In this document: piece after piece, positions 1 through 10,932 of the stretch | Position numbering within the stretch: the first letter of the stretch is position 1 | How the letters are laid out: each line of letters begins with the position of its first letter | The notes under the pieces: generated by a model | Seen by the model: the letters and a program-made list of their open reading frames with translations, nothing else | What the model was told of the DNA's origin: nothing | Database searches by the model: none | Translations under genes and position numbers: made by a program | Assembly (NCBI GenBank): GCA_964187785.1 | Contig: OZ076414.1 | Span: 72,354,001-72,418,000, forward strand | DNA length: 64,000 nt | Direction: 5' to 3' | Origin: Amphiscolops sp. MND2022 | Lineage: Eukaryota

Positions 1-608
1 AAAGAAGAATTTTCGTGGTCGCACCAATTGAGCTGTTAAAAAGTTTTGTGGTTGTTTCTTTTAGAAGTGTTAGTACTGACATAAGAAGTCTAAGATTTTA
101 ACAGCAGTGTTGTCTTATCTTATACTTGGTAGCTAGCTAGTCCTGAGTACAATCTATTTCTGAGATCTCAGTTCTTGAAGTGTTGGAAGAAGACTGATCG
201 TCAGGAAGAATTCTCAATTTCTCCAAGTAGATATATTCTATTAACTAGGGTAGGTTTCATCAATTACAACGTGACAGCAACAGGATGAATTGGGGAAGCT
301 TGGTACAGGATATATTAAATGAAGTTTCTTCTAGAATAATTGGTTTCTAGATTCAATTAGATTTACTAATTTCTTTTGTTAAGAGTTCAGAGTATTTCAG
401 ATTTATAAAATCTTTGAGGACATGCATCATGGCATCACACACAGTACCGTATTGTATGAAATGAATATACTATAAATTGTAAATAAGTTCTCTAGAGTTT
501 GTTGGTAAACAACTCACTCGTATGCTAGATCGAAAGTCGGTGGAGGTCAGGGCTGATCAGCTGTATAACAAATGTGTCAAGAAGGTTTCGACGAAGTTAT
601 ATCGGGGG

Positions 609-1130
609 CACGACAATTCGTACACACGACATTTCGTACACACGACATCTCGTACAAGAACCAAAACCAGTCATTTCGTACAAAAGCGAAACCAGACATT
701 TCGTACAAAGATGAAACCAGACATTTCGTACAAAAATGAAACCCGACATTTCGTGCAATTTATATTATACAACTTATTATTATAACGTAGTCAGCTATGT
801 TCACATACCCCTAGTGCCCTAAATGCAGGAGCGAAGCGAAGCGGAGCGACGTGCCATTTGGCCATGCCTTAATGTTGCTACTTGGCGAAGGGGGCGAAGC
901 GACCGAGCCATACAACATATATTCTAACCTCTTTGATTGAATCAAGTTCCATACATATTGGCTGTAACAGCACTGAAAGCTAGTAATTGTGTCGTTTGAG
1001 ACCTATTTTGCAAATCTGTTCAATTTAATTTTGTACGAAATGTCCGGTTTCATTTTTGTACCAATTGTCCGTGTACGAAATGTCGGGTTTTTGGCTATTG
1101 TACGAAATGTCGTTTGTACGAATTGTCGTG
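609..1130. mobile_element. Foldback-like MITE with terminal inverted repeats and subterminal tandem repeats
   Basis: Left end CACGACAATTCGTAC (609) is the reverse complement of right end GTACGAATTGTCGTG (to 1130). The left arm has ~7 copies of GACATTTCGTACA and the right arm has inverted TGTACGAAATGTC copies. No clean TSD found. Confidence 0.7.
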
Positions 1131-2044
1131 GTGCCATATAATTAATAAACACTAATTTGTGGTTTCATCACGCACGGTCCTTATTCAATTTCCAGGCTTA
1201 ATAAATATATACAGTTAATTGGAAACTTGGAATTTGAACTCAAAAATTTCGATTTGCCGTGGATATATACAACCTCGAATACAGTTTAGAGATTTTTCAG
1301 CGTTGTACATTCTGTATCTACAGATTACGGGAAAAACAAGTCCTGTAAACCTCAAATCGCAAAAATTTCAAAGTGTTTGCTAATATTGTATATTGATACA
1401 GTGCTTTCACATGTCATTTAATATTGACTGAGTCGAAAGTAATTTCAATGATTTGTTTTCTAACGCAAATAGAATAAATCAGTCTAAACTATTTCTTCAA
1501 TGACCTTATTTTTTTCCAAGGCCTTAGTTTTTTGGTCACAATCTGTTCGCCCAACACGTTCAAAGCGTATCCAAAGAGGACAAAAGGTTGCCCTTTGATT
1601 CTTTCATATTTTTCCTTGAATTACAAAGCTATTTTGAGACCAAAGTGCCTTGTTTTGGCGGGTTCCAGTACTGCCATTTTTCCTGGAATTTTTTCAATTG
1701 AAATATTCGGTTTTATGATGTCTCGGAAGCTAGGAAAAAACGTTTTCGGTACCCAGGGAGCCCCCTTTGGATATTTTAATTCAATTGTGGGATTAATATT
1801 TTAAAATTTTGGCTCTTTAATATGTGAAGGAGGTACCAAGCTGAGCTCAAACTGCTCAATTATTATTTTATATAATATAGCCCGCCCTCGTATAATGGGG
1901 GAGGAAAATCATAATCTGTGTTGTGTTTTTTTCCAAATTCTGCAAAGTTTTCCATTATTTCTCCATTTATTACTAGTTTAGTAATTTGGATTTATTACTA
2001 GTATTACTCCATTTCTACTAGTAAATAGTAATTTGGATGTTTTA

Positions 2045-2128
2045 GTCACTGTGGCACACTTGGTAGTGCGTCTGCTTGGCAGAGACGAGGTCGTGGGTTC
2101 GAACCCGTGTTGATGCGTTACATTTTTT
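2045..2128 (+). mobile_element. tRNA-derived SINE head or tRNA pseudogene
   Basis: A-box-like TGGCACACTTGGT, D-stem GCAC/GTGC, B-box GGTTCGAACCC and a downstream T-run (2123-2128). Acceptor and T stems are imperfect, so it is not called a functional tRNA. Confidence 0.6.
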
Positions 2129-2419
2129 GCGGAAAATATCCCGGTGCTTAGCGGGCGTCTTGTTATTCACGTCATTTGTCCAAAACTAAACAAGCCGGGA
2201 AAGGCCCAAGCCTCATCTAAGGCTCAAAAATCAAAGAAAGTCTTATAGTACTGAAAACCAGACCTTAAAGCATTACTTTGGACGCAATGTCATATGAGAA
2301 ACCTTTTAGCACTTTTTACAGCTTTGAAAAATTTTCTCAGAAACGTTATATCGGGAGTTCGCTATAAGTAGTTTGTTTTTATTTCTAGTAAAACCGGCAG
2401 GGGGTGGTGTTTGAAAAAT

Positions 2420-4857
2420 GATACCTTGCAAGCTATCTGCCAAAGGAAAAGTTCAAGATACTCGACAATTGCTTCGCTGATTATCCGGAAACAGACCGAG
2501 ACCTTTTGCATCAGAAGGGATACTATCCCTACTCCTACTTTGACGATTTCAATTAATTTCAAGAACAGAAGCTACCACCACGAGAGTTGTGGAAAGATTC
2601 GCTGCGAAACGGTGCAATTATGTTGACCCAAGAAGAATGGAAACATGCTGTCAAAGTCTATGAGCAATTCAATTGCTCAAATTTGGGCGATTATCATGAT
2701 TTGTACCTCAAAACCGACACATTGATTCTAGCATGTGTCGTTGAGGAGACAAGACTGTGTTACAAGACCTATGGCTTGGATAGCGCTCATTACTTCACTT
2801 GCTCGCATTTGTCTAATGACGCTTTCTTGAAGAAATGCCGGGCAGACATTGAGCTCCTAACTGATCGCTCTCATCTAGAAATGGTGGAAGACATGATAAG
2901 AGGCTGTGTTGCGTCTGTATTCGACAAAAGATTTTTCAAAGCAAACAACAGGTATGTGACACAGCATAATAACAACGACTATAACACCTACGGCGTACTC
3001 TTAGACGCCAACAATTTATACGGTGGTATCATGGAAAAATTTCCATTGCCGTTGAACAGCTTCGAAATAGTTCCAGATATAAACCTCAACAAAATATTGG
3101 AGGCACCCAATGACTCGGAAGAAGGGTACATTTTAGAAGTGGACCTCCATTACCCTGATAGGCTCCGTGACAGACATGAAGATTTTCCGTTAGCTCCAAC
3201 AAAAGAAAGAATATACTACAAAAGTTTGGGAGAAAAGCAGCAAGAACAGTTGGCACTATTGGGCGTAAACAGGCCATTTAGTCAAAGCAAAAAACTTATA
3301 CAGTCACTTTCGGTTAAGAAAAACTACACTGTGCACTACATAACACTGAAACTGTATGTTAGCCTCGGTATGGAAGTAACAAAAGTCCATCGTGCCCTGA
3401 AATTCAAGCGATCATATTGGCTGAGGCCCTTTATGCAGCTAAACACTGAAAAAAGAAAAGAGTCACGAAATAAATTCGAGGAGAGCTTCTTCAAATTGAT
3501 GAACAATTCATGCTACGGGAAAACTCTGGAGAGCAAACGCAATCGCCTCACTGTGCAGCTAGTGACCAGTAGAGAAAACGTTTTGAGACGAACTGATACC
3601 TCATTCTTTTGCGAATTTGAAATTTTCAATGAAAATCTCGCTGCAATTTCATCGCGAAAACGATCAATTTTGTGGAACAAACCAACAATAGTCGGAGCAA
3701 CTGTTTTGGATTTAGCAAAGTACCCATGTTTAACTTCCACTACAATGTAATGAAAAAGCACTTGAATCGCTTTGTGCTATATTCCGATACTGACTCTTTG
3801 TTATATGAGATCAAACACACGGACTTCTATGAGGAACTCGCCACAAACGATGAATTACGTCAACACTTTGACCTCTCCAATTACCCCACGGATCATCATC
3901 TCTACAACATCGACAACAAGATGGTCACACTCAAGTTTAAGGACGAATTAGCGGGAGAGCCTATCGAAGAGCTTGTTGGTGTGAAACCCAAAATGTACTC
4001 CATCTTGGTTGGAGGAAAGCAAAAGCTGTCTGCCAAAGGAGTTTGTAAATTCGCACAAAAAGAGCTGACCCATATTCTCTACAAAAATGTTTTAAATACG
4101 GGCGAAACCTACAAGACAATGAACACAAGAATTGGGTCGAGTAAACATCAATTGCAAACCATCAAGGTCAACAAGGTATCCCTCAGCTCATTCGACGATA
4201 AAAGATTCATTTTGGAAGATGGCATTTCAACTTTGCCCTTTGGACATTATATGATAAGAGATGTTCACGTAACACAAGACGTTTTTGATGAACCAGATTG
4301 GGGTTATGAAGAAGAAATGCCAACAAGTCCCACGTGGGACGAACTAAACGGCAATGACCCCCAAAGTACAATCACTCAAGTATTTCCAGAGGAAGCACCC
4401 ATGCCGCCAAATGCTCCACTTCCCACGCAATTTCGTGGGCGGTCTCGGTCAAGCGACGAGGAAGCAATGACTCTTACTGAAGAATTGATGGAAGAATGGT
4501 CGCCCCCTGATCCGGGATTCAACCAAAGAGTACAGCGACTCGGAGTTGGAGGAAGGCGAAGACAACTTGAATGATATTCCAAAGGAGCAGAGCCCCCTGC
4601 GAAACCCATTCATCGATGATGAGGCGGAGGTAGCATGGGATGTAGAGGGCGAAACTGCACAACCAGAAGACGAAGAGTCAGACCCCGATGACTGCGTGGT
4701 GGTCGCCCATCTGACCGAAGATGAATCAAATGCAATCGAGGACTTGGAATACTTAATCGATTTCGACAATTGGTTCAGCGATGATGAATTTGTGAACCGC
4801 ATCAAAAGAGCAAAAAGAAGGCGTATGGAAATTGTGAGCGACAGTGAGAGCGAATAA
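2420..4857 (+). pseudogene. Polinton/Maverick/adintovirus-type family-B DNA polymerase (pPolB), 5'-truncated and disrupted
   Basis: Motifs in order: LLHQKGYYPY, DYHDLYLKTD, YGLDSAHY, LDANNLYG (motif A), KLMNNSCYGKT (motif B), YSDTDS (motif C), KMYS, AKGV, FDDKRFILEDGISTLPFGHY. Lesions: in-frame TAA at 2554-2556, frameshift at ~3724 (AKY/HMFNFHY) and a probable frameshift at ~4530 joining the acidic tail. AATAAA follows at ~4862. Confidence 0.9.
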
Positions 4858-5016
4858 AACAAATAAATATCATTGCAAATGCTGATAGCTTCAAACGAAT
4901 ATGTGCTGTAATCATTGTTTTACTCTTTGTTCTCAAGTACTTGTTGAAGAAAGTTTCAAGTGGTTTTGAGTGCTTCAATAACTTTGTGAATTCAGTCTTG
5001 TTTCGCTCCCACTTTA

Positions 5017-6156
5017 TTGGCCGGCGCGATAGCTAATCAACGCGTAGTAAGACATCACATGAACGGTTCTATGGAACGTACTACAGATCAATCTTTCAAT
5101 ATACAGTACCATACTATAGGTCTAAAACGACTAGGACTGGATATACACCGTCGTATAGGACGTATATTTGATCTATCTTTCGTTATACAGTACCAGTACC
5201 ATAATATAGACAAGAATAGGCTATCGTCCGATATTCATGGCTACATAGGACGTATATTTGATCTGTCTTCCAATATACAGAACCATACTATAGACCTGAA
5301 TTGGCTTTCATCCGATATTCATGGCTATAGAGGACGTATATTTGATCTATCATTCAATAAACACTACCATACTATAGGTCTAAAATGGCTAAGACTGGAT
5401 ATACACGGTCGTATAGGAGTCATATTCGACCCATCTTCCAATATACAGTACCATACTTTAGGTCTAAAATGGCTAAGACTGGATATACACGCTCGTATAG
5501 GACTCATATTCGATCTATCTTTCAATATACAGTACCATACTATAGGTCTAAAATGGCTAAGACTGGACATACACGGTCGTATAGGACTCAAATTCGATCT
5601 ATCTTTCAATATACACTACCATACTATAGGTCTAAGGTGGTTAAAACTGGATATAGACGGTCGTATAGGACTCATATTCGACCCATCATTCAATATACAG
5701 TACCATACCATAGACCTGAATAGGCTATCATTCGATATGCATGGCTATATAGGACGTATTTTTGATCTATCTTTTAATATACTGTTACATACTATAGACC
5801 TGTATAGGCTATCATTCGATATACATGGCTATATAGGACGTATATTTGATCTATATTTCAATCTACAGTTCCATACTATAGACCTGAATAGGCTATCATC
5901 CGATATGCATGGCTATATAGGACGTATTTTTGATCTATCTTTTGATATACTGTTACATACTATAGACCTGTATAGGCTATCATTCGATATACATGGCTAT
6001 AGAGGACGTATATTTGATCTATATTTCAATATACAGTTCCATACTATGGACCTGAATAGGCTATCATCCGATATGCATGGCTATATAGGACGTATTTTTG
6101 ATCTATCTTTCAATATACAGTTCCATACTATAGACCTCCATCGCAGGCCGGCATAA
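5017..6156 (+). other. Stop-free frame through the 87-bp minisatellite (379 aa); coding status doubtful
   Basis: Open frame from the ORF track. It begins at TTG (first ATG at ~5059) and has no recognisable domain. Confidence 0.2.
5091..6137. repeat. 87-bp minisatellite, ~12 units, two sub-types
   Basis: 29-aa periodicity in the 5017..6156 translation (FDLSFNIQYHTIGLKWLRLDIHGRIGLI versus FDLSFNIQFHTIDLNRLSSDMHGYIGRI). Confidence 0.95.
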
Positions 6157-6370
6157 TCATGGCCCTATATTTAAGAAAAAATCTCAGTTGCACAGATGTC
6201 CAACTGGAAACCGACCATTTGCTTGGTGGACCTTTTGTCAATGGTTTCATTGCTTACGGCAAAGACAAAAAAGGAGGAAAAGGAATGAATTATGAAATAG
6301 GAAGGCAATAAAAATGGTCACAAACATGATAACATTTCCGGAACGATAAACAGGAAAAGAAATGAGCTGA

Positions 6371-7171
6371 TCAACATTCAAGGTAACAAGTTGCATAATA
6401 TTCTAGAGTCTCAATCTCTAGTGAGAGCATCGAAAATTGCGAAGTGAGAGCATCGAAAATTGCGAAAGCTTGATTAGCTAAATCTCCTTTAACATTGCAA
6501 GTAAAATTGAGGTGGCATATATTCAGAAGTAATGAAGACATAGGAGTTTTCAATTCAGTATTTCCCGCGTTTCTGTTCAGCTCAACCCGTATTGATCCAC
6601 GTTTAACCCTCATGTTTTCATGAATTTTTATTTTGCGGATTGATCGTTTAGCAGATCTAGTAGTCCCCGTAATCGCATCTTGCAATTCTTTTTCATAACA
6701 TGAAGATATGCCCAAAAATCCAGAACATCCAACTGCAACGATTACTTTGTACTTCTTGGGCTTACGAAGGGGTATGGTTTTCAAGACCTCAATTTTCAAA
6801 AACCCACCAGCTAAAAAATCGATAACTTCAGGTTCAGGAGCTGTTGATTTTACAGTAAAAAGTTGGTGCAAAGATTTGATCTTTCCTTTTGCAACCAATC
6901 TACCAATTTTACTGCAGGGTTTCCAATTTTTGGAATGTTGTTCAATCGCAAAGGACGTTTGGTGGGAGTCTCTCGATAACGCTCCCTTGTTATGCTGGGC
7001 TTGTAAATTGTTGAGGTTCATCAGCCGATAGGGGAGCCTCACTATTTTCGGTGGTTTTGCTCTCGAGGCAAGCAATGAAAATGCTTCATCTGGGCGCTCG
7101 TATTTTTCTTCCCAGAAGTTCCATAAAATGTTCATATAATTATTTTGGTAAGAATGCATAAAAGGATCCAT
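6371..7171 (-). CDS. RPS2-like: Highly divergent ribosomal protein uS5 (40S RPS2)-like protein, intronless, 266 aa
   Basis: Collinear match to eukaryotic uS5: [23 protein letters not shown] ~ [42 protein letters not shown] ~ [44 protein letters not shown] ~ [35 protein letters not shown] ~ RCGSVLVRL; AIFDALT ~ ATFDAIS. Confidence 0.85.
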   Translation of the reverse strand: [266 protein letters not shown]

Positions 7172-7936
7172 GTTCAGGCAAGAAAAGATTTTTCAAAATA
7201 AATTGATCGAAAACTAATTGGATCTGTTCAACTGTTGCAGCTGAATTCTAATCACGAGTCTGTAAATGATCTTCTTCCTGTAATACTACAATTGGATGAA
7301 GGAATTTTAAGAAAAGTCTCACTTTGGTCTCACTGGACAACTTCAATGAGCAGCGGAAGTCGCTGGTTTTTGGATTAAAAAGTTTTTGATAAGATGCGCT
7401 CACCTATTAGGAAAACAGATTTCAAACAGACTCGCGTATTTCAGAACTTCCACATGTAATGTTTTCTCTTTATTCAGGAACCCCTCAGTTTTAAAGCTAT
7501 CTAAGCACACAAAAATGCCGACTCCAGACCACTCAAATCATATGTTAACATTGCTAATTTCTGACCTGCACAAATTTCACATGATTATCACAGAAGTTCT
7601 GCAATTTCTGCAAATAAACTGCAAGCGCAGGCCACTATAAAGCAGCTTTGTTAGCATTGCTTCAATGGTCTAAGAAGAGAGATATTTAATCAGCCAGAAC
7701 AGCATAGTTTCAATGATTGAAATCGAGACAAATCCAAAACAAATTGCAGCACATTGTTGCCGGATAAAACATTACACATTTAATCAGGATCAGCTACTAA
7801 ACAGGACTGCTTTAATTATAAATGATAAAAAATTATTCCCATACATAAACGTGAAATAGTTTCATAGAATTCTGCATAGGAAGTATGAATTAGCCATTAG
7901 TTTTAATATGACTTGGATTAAATTCGAAATTTTCAA

Positions 7937-8001
7937 GCGCCTGTAGCTCAGTCGTTAGGTAGTCTGACTTTCAACCTTACGGTCCCCGGTTCGCATCCGG
8001 T
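7937..8001 (+). mobile_element. tRNA-like sequence (SINE head or pseudo-tRNA)
   Basis: TAGCTCAGTCGTTAG A-box and GGTTCGCATCC B-box; CTGACTTTCA core shared with the element at 8113; no proper acceptor stem. Confidence 0.5.
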
Positions 8002-8112
8002 AAAAATATATATATTTTGGATTTGAAAGCCATGAATGATAGCTAGTCATAACTAACCGCATGCCGCTACAGGCTGAATGGTTATATATTTGAACTAAAT
8101 GTATAGATTTCA

Positions 8113-8185
8113 GATCGCGGTGGTCCAGTGGTTAGCTTCTCTGACTTTCAGTCATGAGGTCCCTGGTTTGAATCCCGGACTTGGC
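8113..8185 (+). mobile_element. tRNA-like sequence (SINE head or pseudo-tRNA, TTC loop)
   Basis: TGGTCCAGTGGTTAG A-box, TGAC/GTCA stem around TTTCA, GGTTTGAATCCC B-box-like; acceptor stem does not pair. Confidence 0.5.
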
Positions 8186-8199
8186 AAAAATTTTGGAAA

Positions 8200-8250
8200 T
8201 TTTCAAACACCACCCCCTGCCGATTTTACTAGACATAAAAACAAACTACT
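8200..8250. repeat. Dispersed repeat; inverted copy at 2367..2417
   Basis: TTTTCAAACACCACCCCCTGCCGATTTTACTAGACATAAAAACAAACTACT is the near-exact reverse complement of 2367..2417. Both lie near a GAAACGTTATATC motif (~2340 and ~8389). The 2367 copy abuts the 5' truncation of the pPolB. Confidence 0.85.
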
Positions 8251-9237
8251 GCTATATCCGTTTCGCGTTAAATCCGGTATGGGTTGTGTCGTTATATCCG
8301 GTATTCGGTATATCGGGTTTGCGTTTAATTGGGTTTGGGCCAAAAAAATCTGAAGGGGGACCTTTTAAAACATTGAAAAATCCTCCAAGAAACGTTATAT
8401 CCGGTATACGTTATAGGTGGAATTCGTTGTCCGGTTTGCGTTTAGTCGGGTTTGCGCCAAAAAATCCAGAAGGGAAACCCTTTGGACACGAAAACTGGCT
8501 TATGTTTACTGAAAACATCAATAAAATCAAAAATGGAATCAAAAATTGAGTCCTCTACTTTTTGCAATGATTCAGTTTAGGGTTTTGACATCGCTGAACC
8601 TAATTTAATAATTTTAACATTTTTTCCAAATAATTTAATGTTTGAGTTCAAGTATCTTTCGAGATTGAATGATTTACCTATTTTAGGTTTGCAATAAAGC
8701 AGACTGAAATTTATATATTCTTTTTTCTTTATATATTGTTTTGAAATTCCGAGTATACTCGGAGATTTTGAATTTCGACATTTTATTAGCTAGCGCTAAT
8801 TTGAACCGCTAATGAAATCGCTGAAACACTCCTGAGCGGCCTCAAATCCATTAACTTGCTAATTAGCGGCGTCAAAACTCTGATTTAGTTGTACTAGGCA
8901 TCCGTCTAGCGGTAAAGATACACCCCTTTTATGCGGTCAATGGAAATCTTTTTGATAATTTCTCACCATTTCAGATCAAGGCTCTTCAAATTATTCCATT
9001 TATACGAAGTTATTCCATTTCGAATGACACGCCCTCCATGTACTAAGGGCATGAACTGACACGCCCTTCATGTACTAAGGGCATAAAGTTCTATTTCTCT
9101 TTACACCATATCACGGTTTCAGTACGCGCGGTCTTTATCTAATCATATTGGTAAAAGGGAAAAAACACTTCTGTCTTCCATTTCGAATTGAAGGAAGTAA
9201 ACGTTTTTGTTTAAAATAACTTAGGAAAACTTAAATA

Positions 9238-9406
9238 CACCACTCCGTTTATAACGATTACGTTTATAACGTTATTACGGTTATAGCGATAGTTTCACGG
9301 TCGCTTCCACGATGCTAGTATATAAGGATTTTCGCCTATAACGATATTCGGATATAACGATTAAAAACGCCGGTCCCTGGACAGTCGTTATAAGTGGAGT
9401 TGAGTG
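9238..9406. mobile_element. Tc1/pogo-type MITE (~169 bp)
   Basis: TA|CACCACTCCGTTTATAACGA ... TCGTTATAAGTGGAGTTGAGTG|TA: imperfect TIRs with TA on both sides (9236-37, 9407-08). Confidence 0.8.
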
Positions 9407-9474
9407 TAAACTCAATTTGCAGATTGTGCCAATTTCACTTCAAATCCTAAATTGAGAAATTAACTTTGTTAGAA

Positions 9475-9891
9475 ATGACTACAAACTTCATCACATTCCA
9501 AGGAAGGCGAGGGGGGAGCACCTATTTCCATGGTGGGGACTACCTGTACCTCAAGTCAATGGAGAAAGGGGAAACGACATATCTAAAGTGCCAGGTCAAG
9601 ACTTGCCAAGCGACAGCCGTGGTGCGGAACCGTCAACTCATTGAAAGAAAGGCCCACAATCATGCAGCACCGACAATCCAAGAACTAGAAGACCTGAGAC
9701 GGCTGGCAAGCGTCAAGGACGAAGCCGAGAGGACGATTGAGGGCCCTGGCTGCAGCCAACTTTACGACGATGCAGTCACGAGGTCCGAGACGTCCTCCAC
9801 TGGCAGGGCCGAAGCTACGAAGCGGCGGTGTCAGGCGTTGGCGGCTATGCGTCAGCGCCGAAGCCGCCGTCGAAGAGCGGAGGCCCAGTGA
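9475..9891 (+). CDS. FLYWCH/WRKY-GCM1-type zinc-finger protein (Mutator-transposase-related), 138 aa
   Basis: GRRGGSTYFHGGDYLYLK...TYLKCQVKTCQATAVV...KAHNH fits the FLYWCH C-x4-C...H-x-H pattern. ATG at 9475. No MULE DDE domain follows. Confidence 0.75.
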   Translation: MTTNFITFQGRRGGSTYFHGGDYLYLKSMEKGETTYLKCQVKTCQATAVVRNRQLIERKAHNHAAPTIQELEDLRRLASVKDEAERTIEGPGCSQLYDDAVTRSETSSTGRAEATKRRCQALAAMRQRRSRRRRAEAQ

Positions 9892-10932
9892 AGCCTTGAC
9901 CTTGCTTAGCGACATCTATAAATATACTCTCTATGTAACATTTTATCAAATTAGAGTTCAAATTTTCCAAAATTGATTGGGTAATTTTCTCATTCAACAC
10001 TTTATTTCTCAATCTTTACCAATTCTTCATTTTCTCATGTCTTCATACATGTTTTGTACATTTGTGACCCATTTCATTCCCCACCTATGTTGTCGCTTGG
10101 CAAGTCTTGGTCCTGGCAAACTTCAGTTGTTTTCCCTTTCTCCATTGGTGCCTAAATTCAGATTTACAATGTAGTCCCACCATGGTTTTGCTTCCACTTT
10201 GCTTTTGCTTTCCTTGGGAATTTAGTTATTTAGTTTCTTGTTTTTCCTAAGTTTCCCTTAGTCTGAACAAGGTCGAGAAATCAGTTGAGAAAACAAGCTA
10301 CTTGAAGGAATAGTTTCACTAGAATGATAATCAAATTTCTGAGTATTCTTGAAAAAAGCAACAAATATTATATCTGTGTCATGAAAGTTCAAAATGGTGC
10401 AACGGAGAGTAATTTATAGAATACAGAGTTAGAATTTCATTGGGAACAGACATTCCGTAGTCGATAGAAGAGTGTCCACTGAGACTTAGAACTCGACCGT
10501 AACCTCAAAACATAAAAAATAAGTGTTTGCGTGACTAGCGTCAAAAATAAGTGTTCGTGTGACTAACGTCAAAAACGGTAGGTAATTATGTAACATCGGG
10601 TTTTTGCGTCGTCATAATTTTTTCAGCACTGGTGGAACTAGTTTCCCACTTCAGGGGTTTGAATGGCTTGCGGAAAACTTTTACGGGATATTCTCAAGGA
10701 CGAATAGCTCCTTTGGAAGCAAGCAGTCTACACATACCAAATAACCCCCTCAATATCTTAATACTAATGGTGCAACTTGGCACTGCTATTGCCTCAGCGA
10801 TGTTATTTGTCCAGCGCAGCGTAATTTTGAGTGTAGTTTGGCATTGCGATTACTTATCAATATTATTATTATTAATGTTTAAGCTGGGTTGACGCTGAGA
10901 GAAACCTGGTTTTCCATGTATGTTATTAATAG

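Noticed and set aside
522-785. 87-aa ORF
   Set aside because: Translation of the MITE subterminal repeats.
2045-2115. Functional tRNA-Pro(TGG)
   Set aside because: Mismatched anticodon, T and acceptor stems, and poor similarity to canonical tRNA-Pro; treated as a SINE head.
2420-6160. Complete Polinton with TIRs
   Set aside because: No AGTAGT-type termini, integrase, packaging ATPase, protease or capsid gene found; only a truncated polymerase.
7400-7670. Possible MATH-like remnant on the minus strand (FEWSGVGIFVCLDSFKTEGFLNKEKTLHVEV)
   Set aside because: Short resemblance only, with two in-frame stops upstream and no consistent exon frame; cannot be supported by eye.
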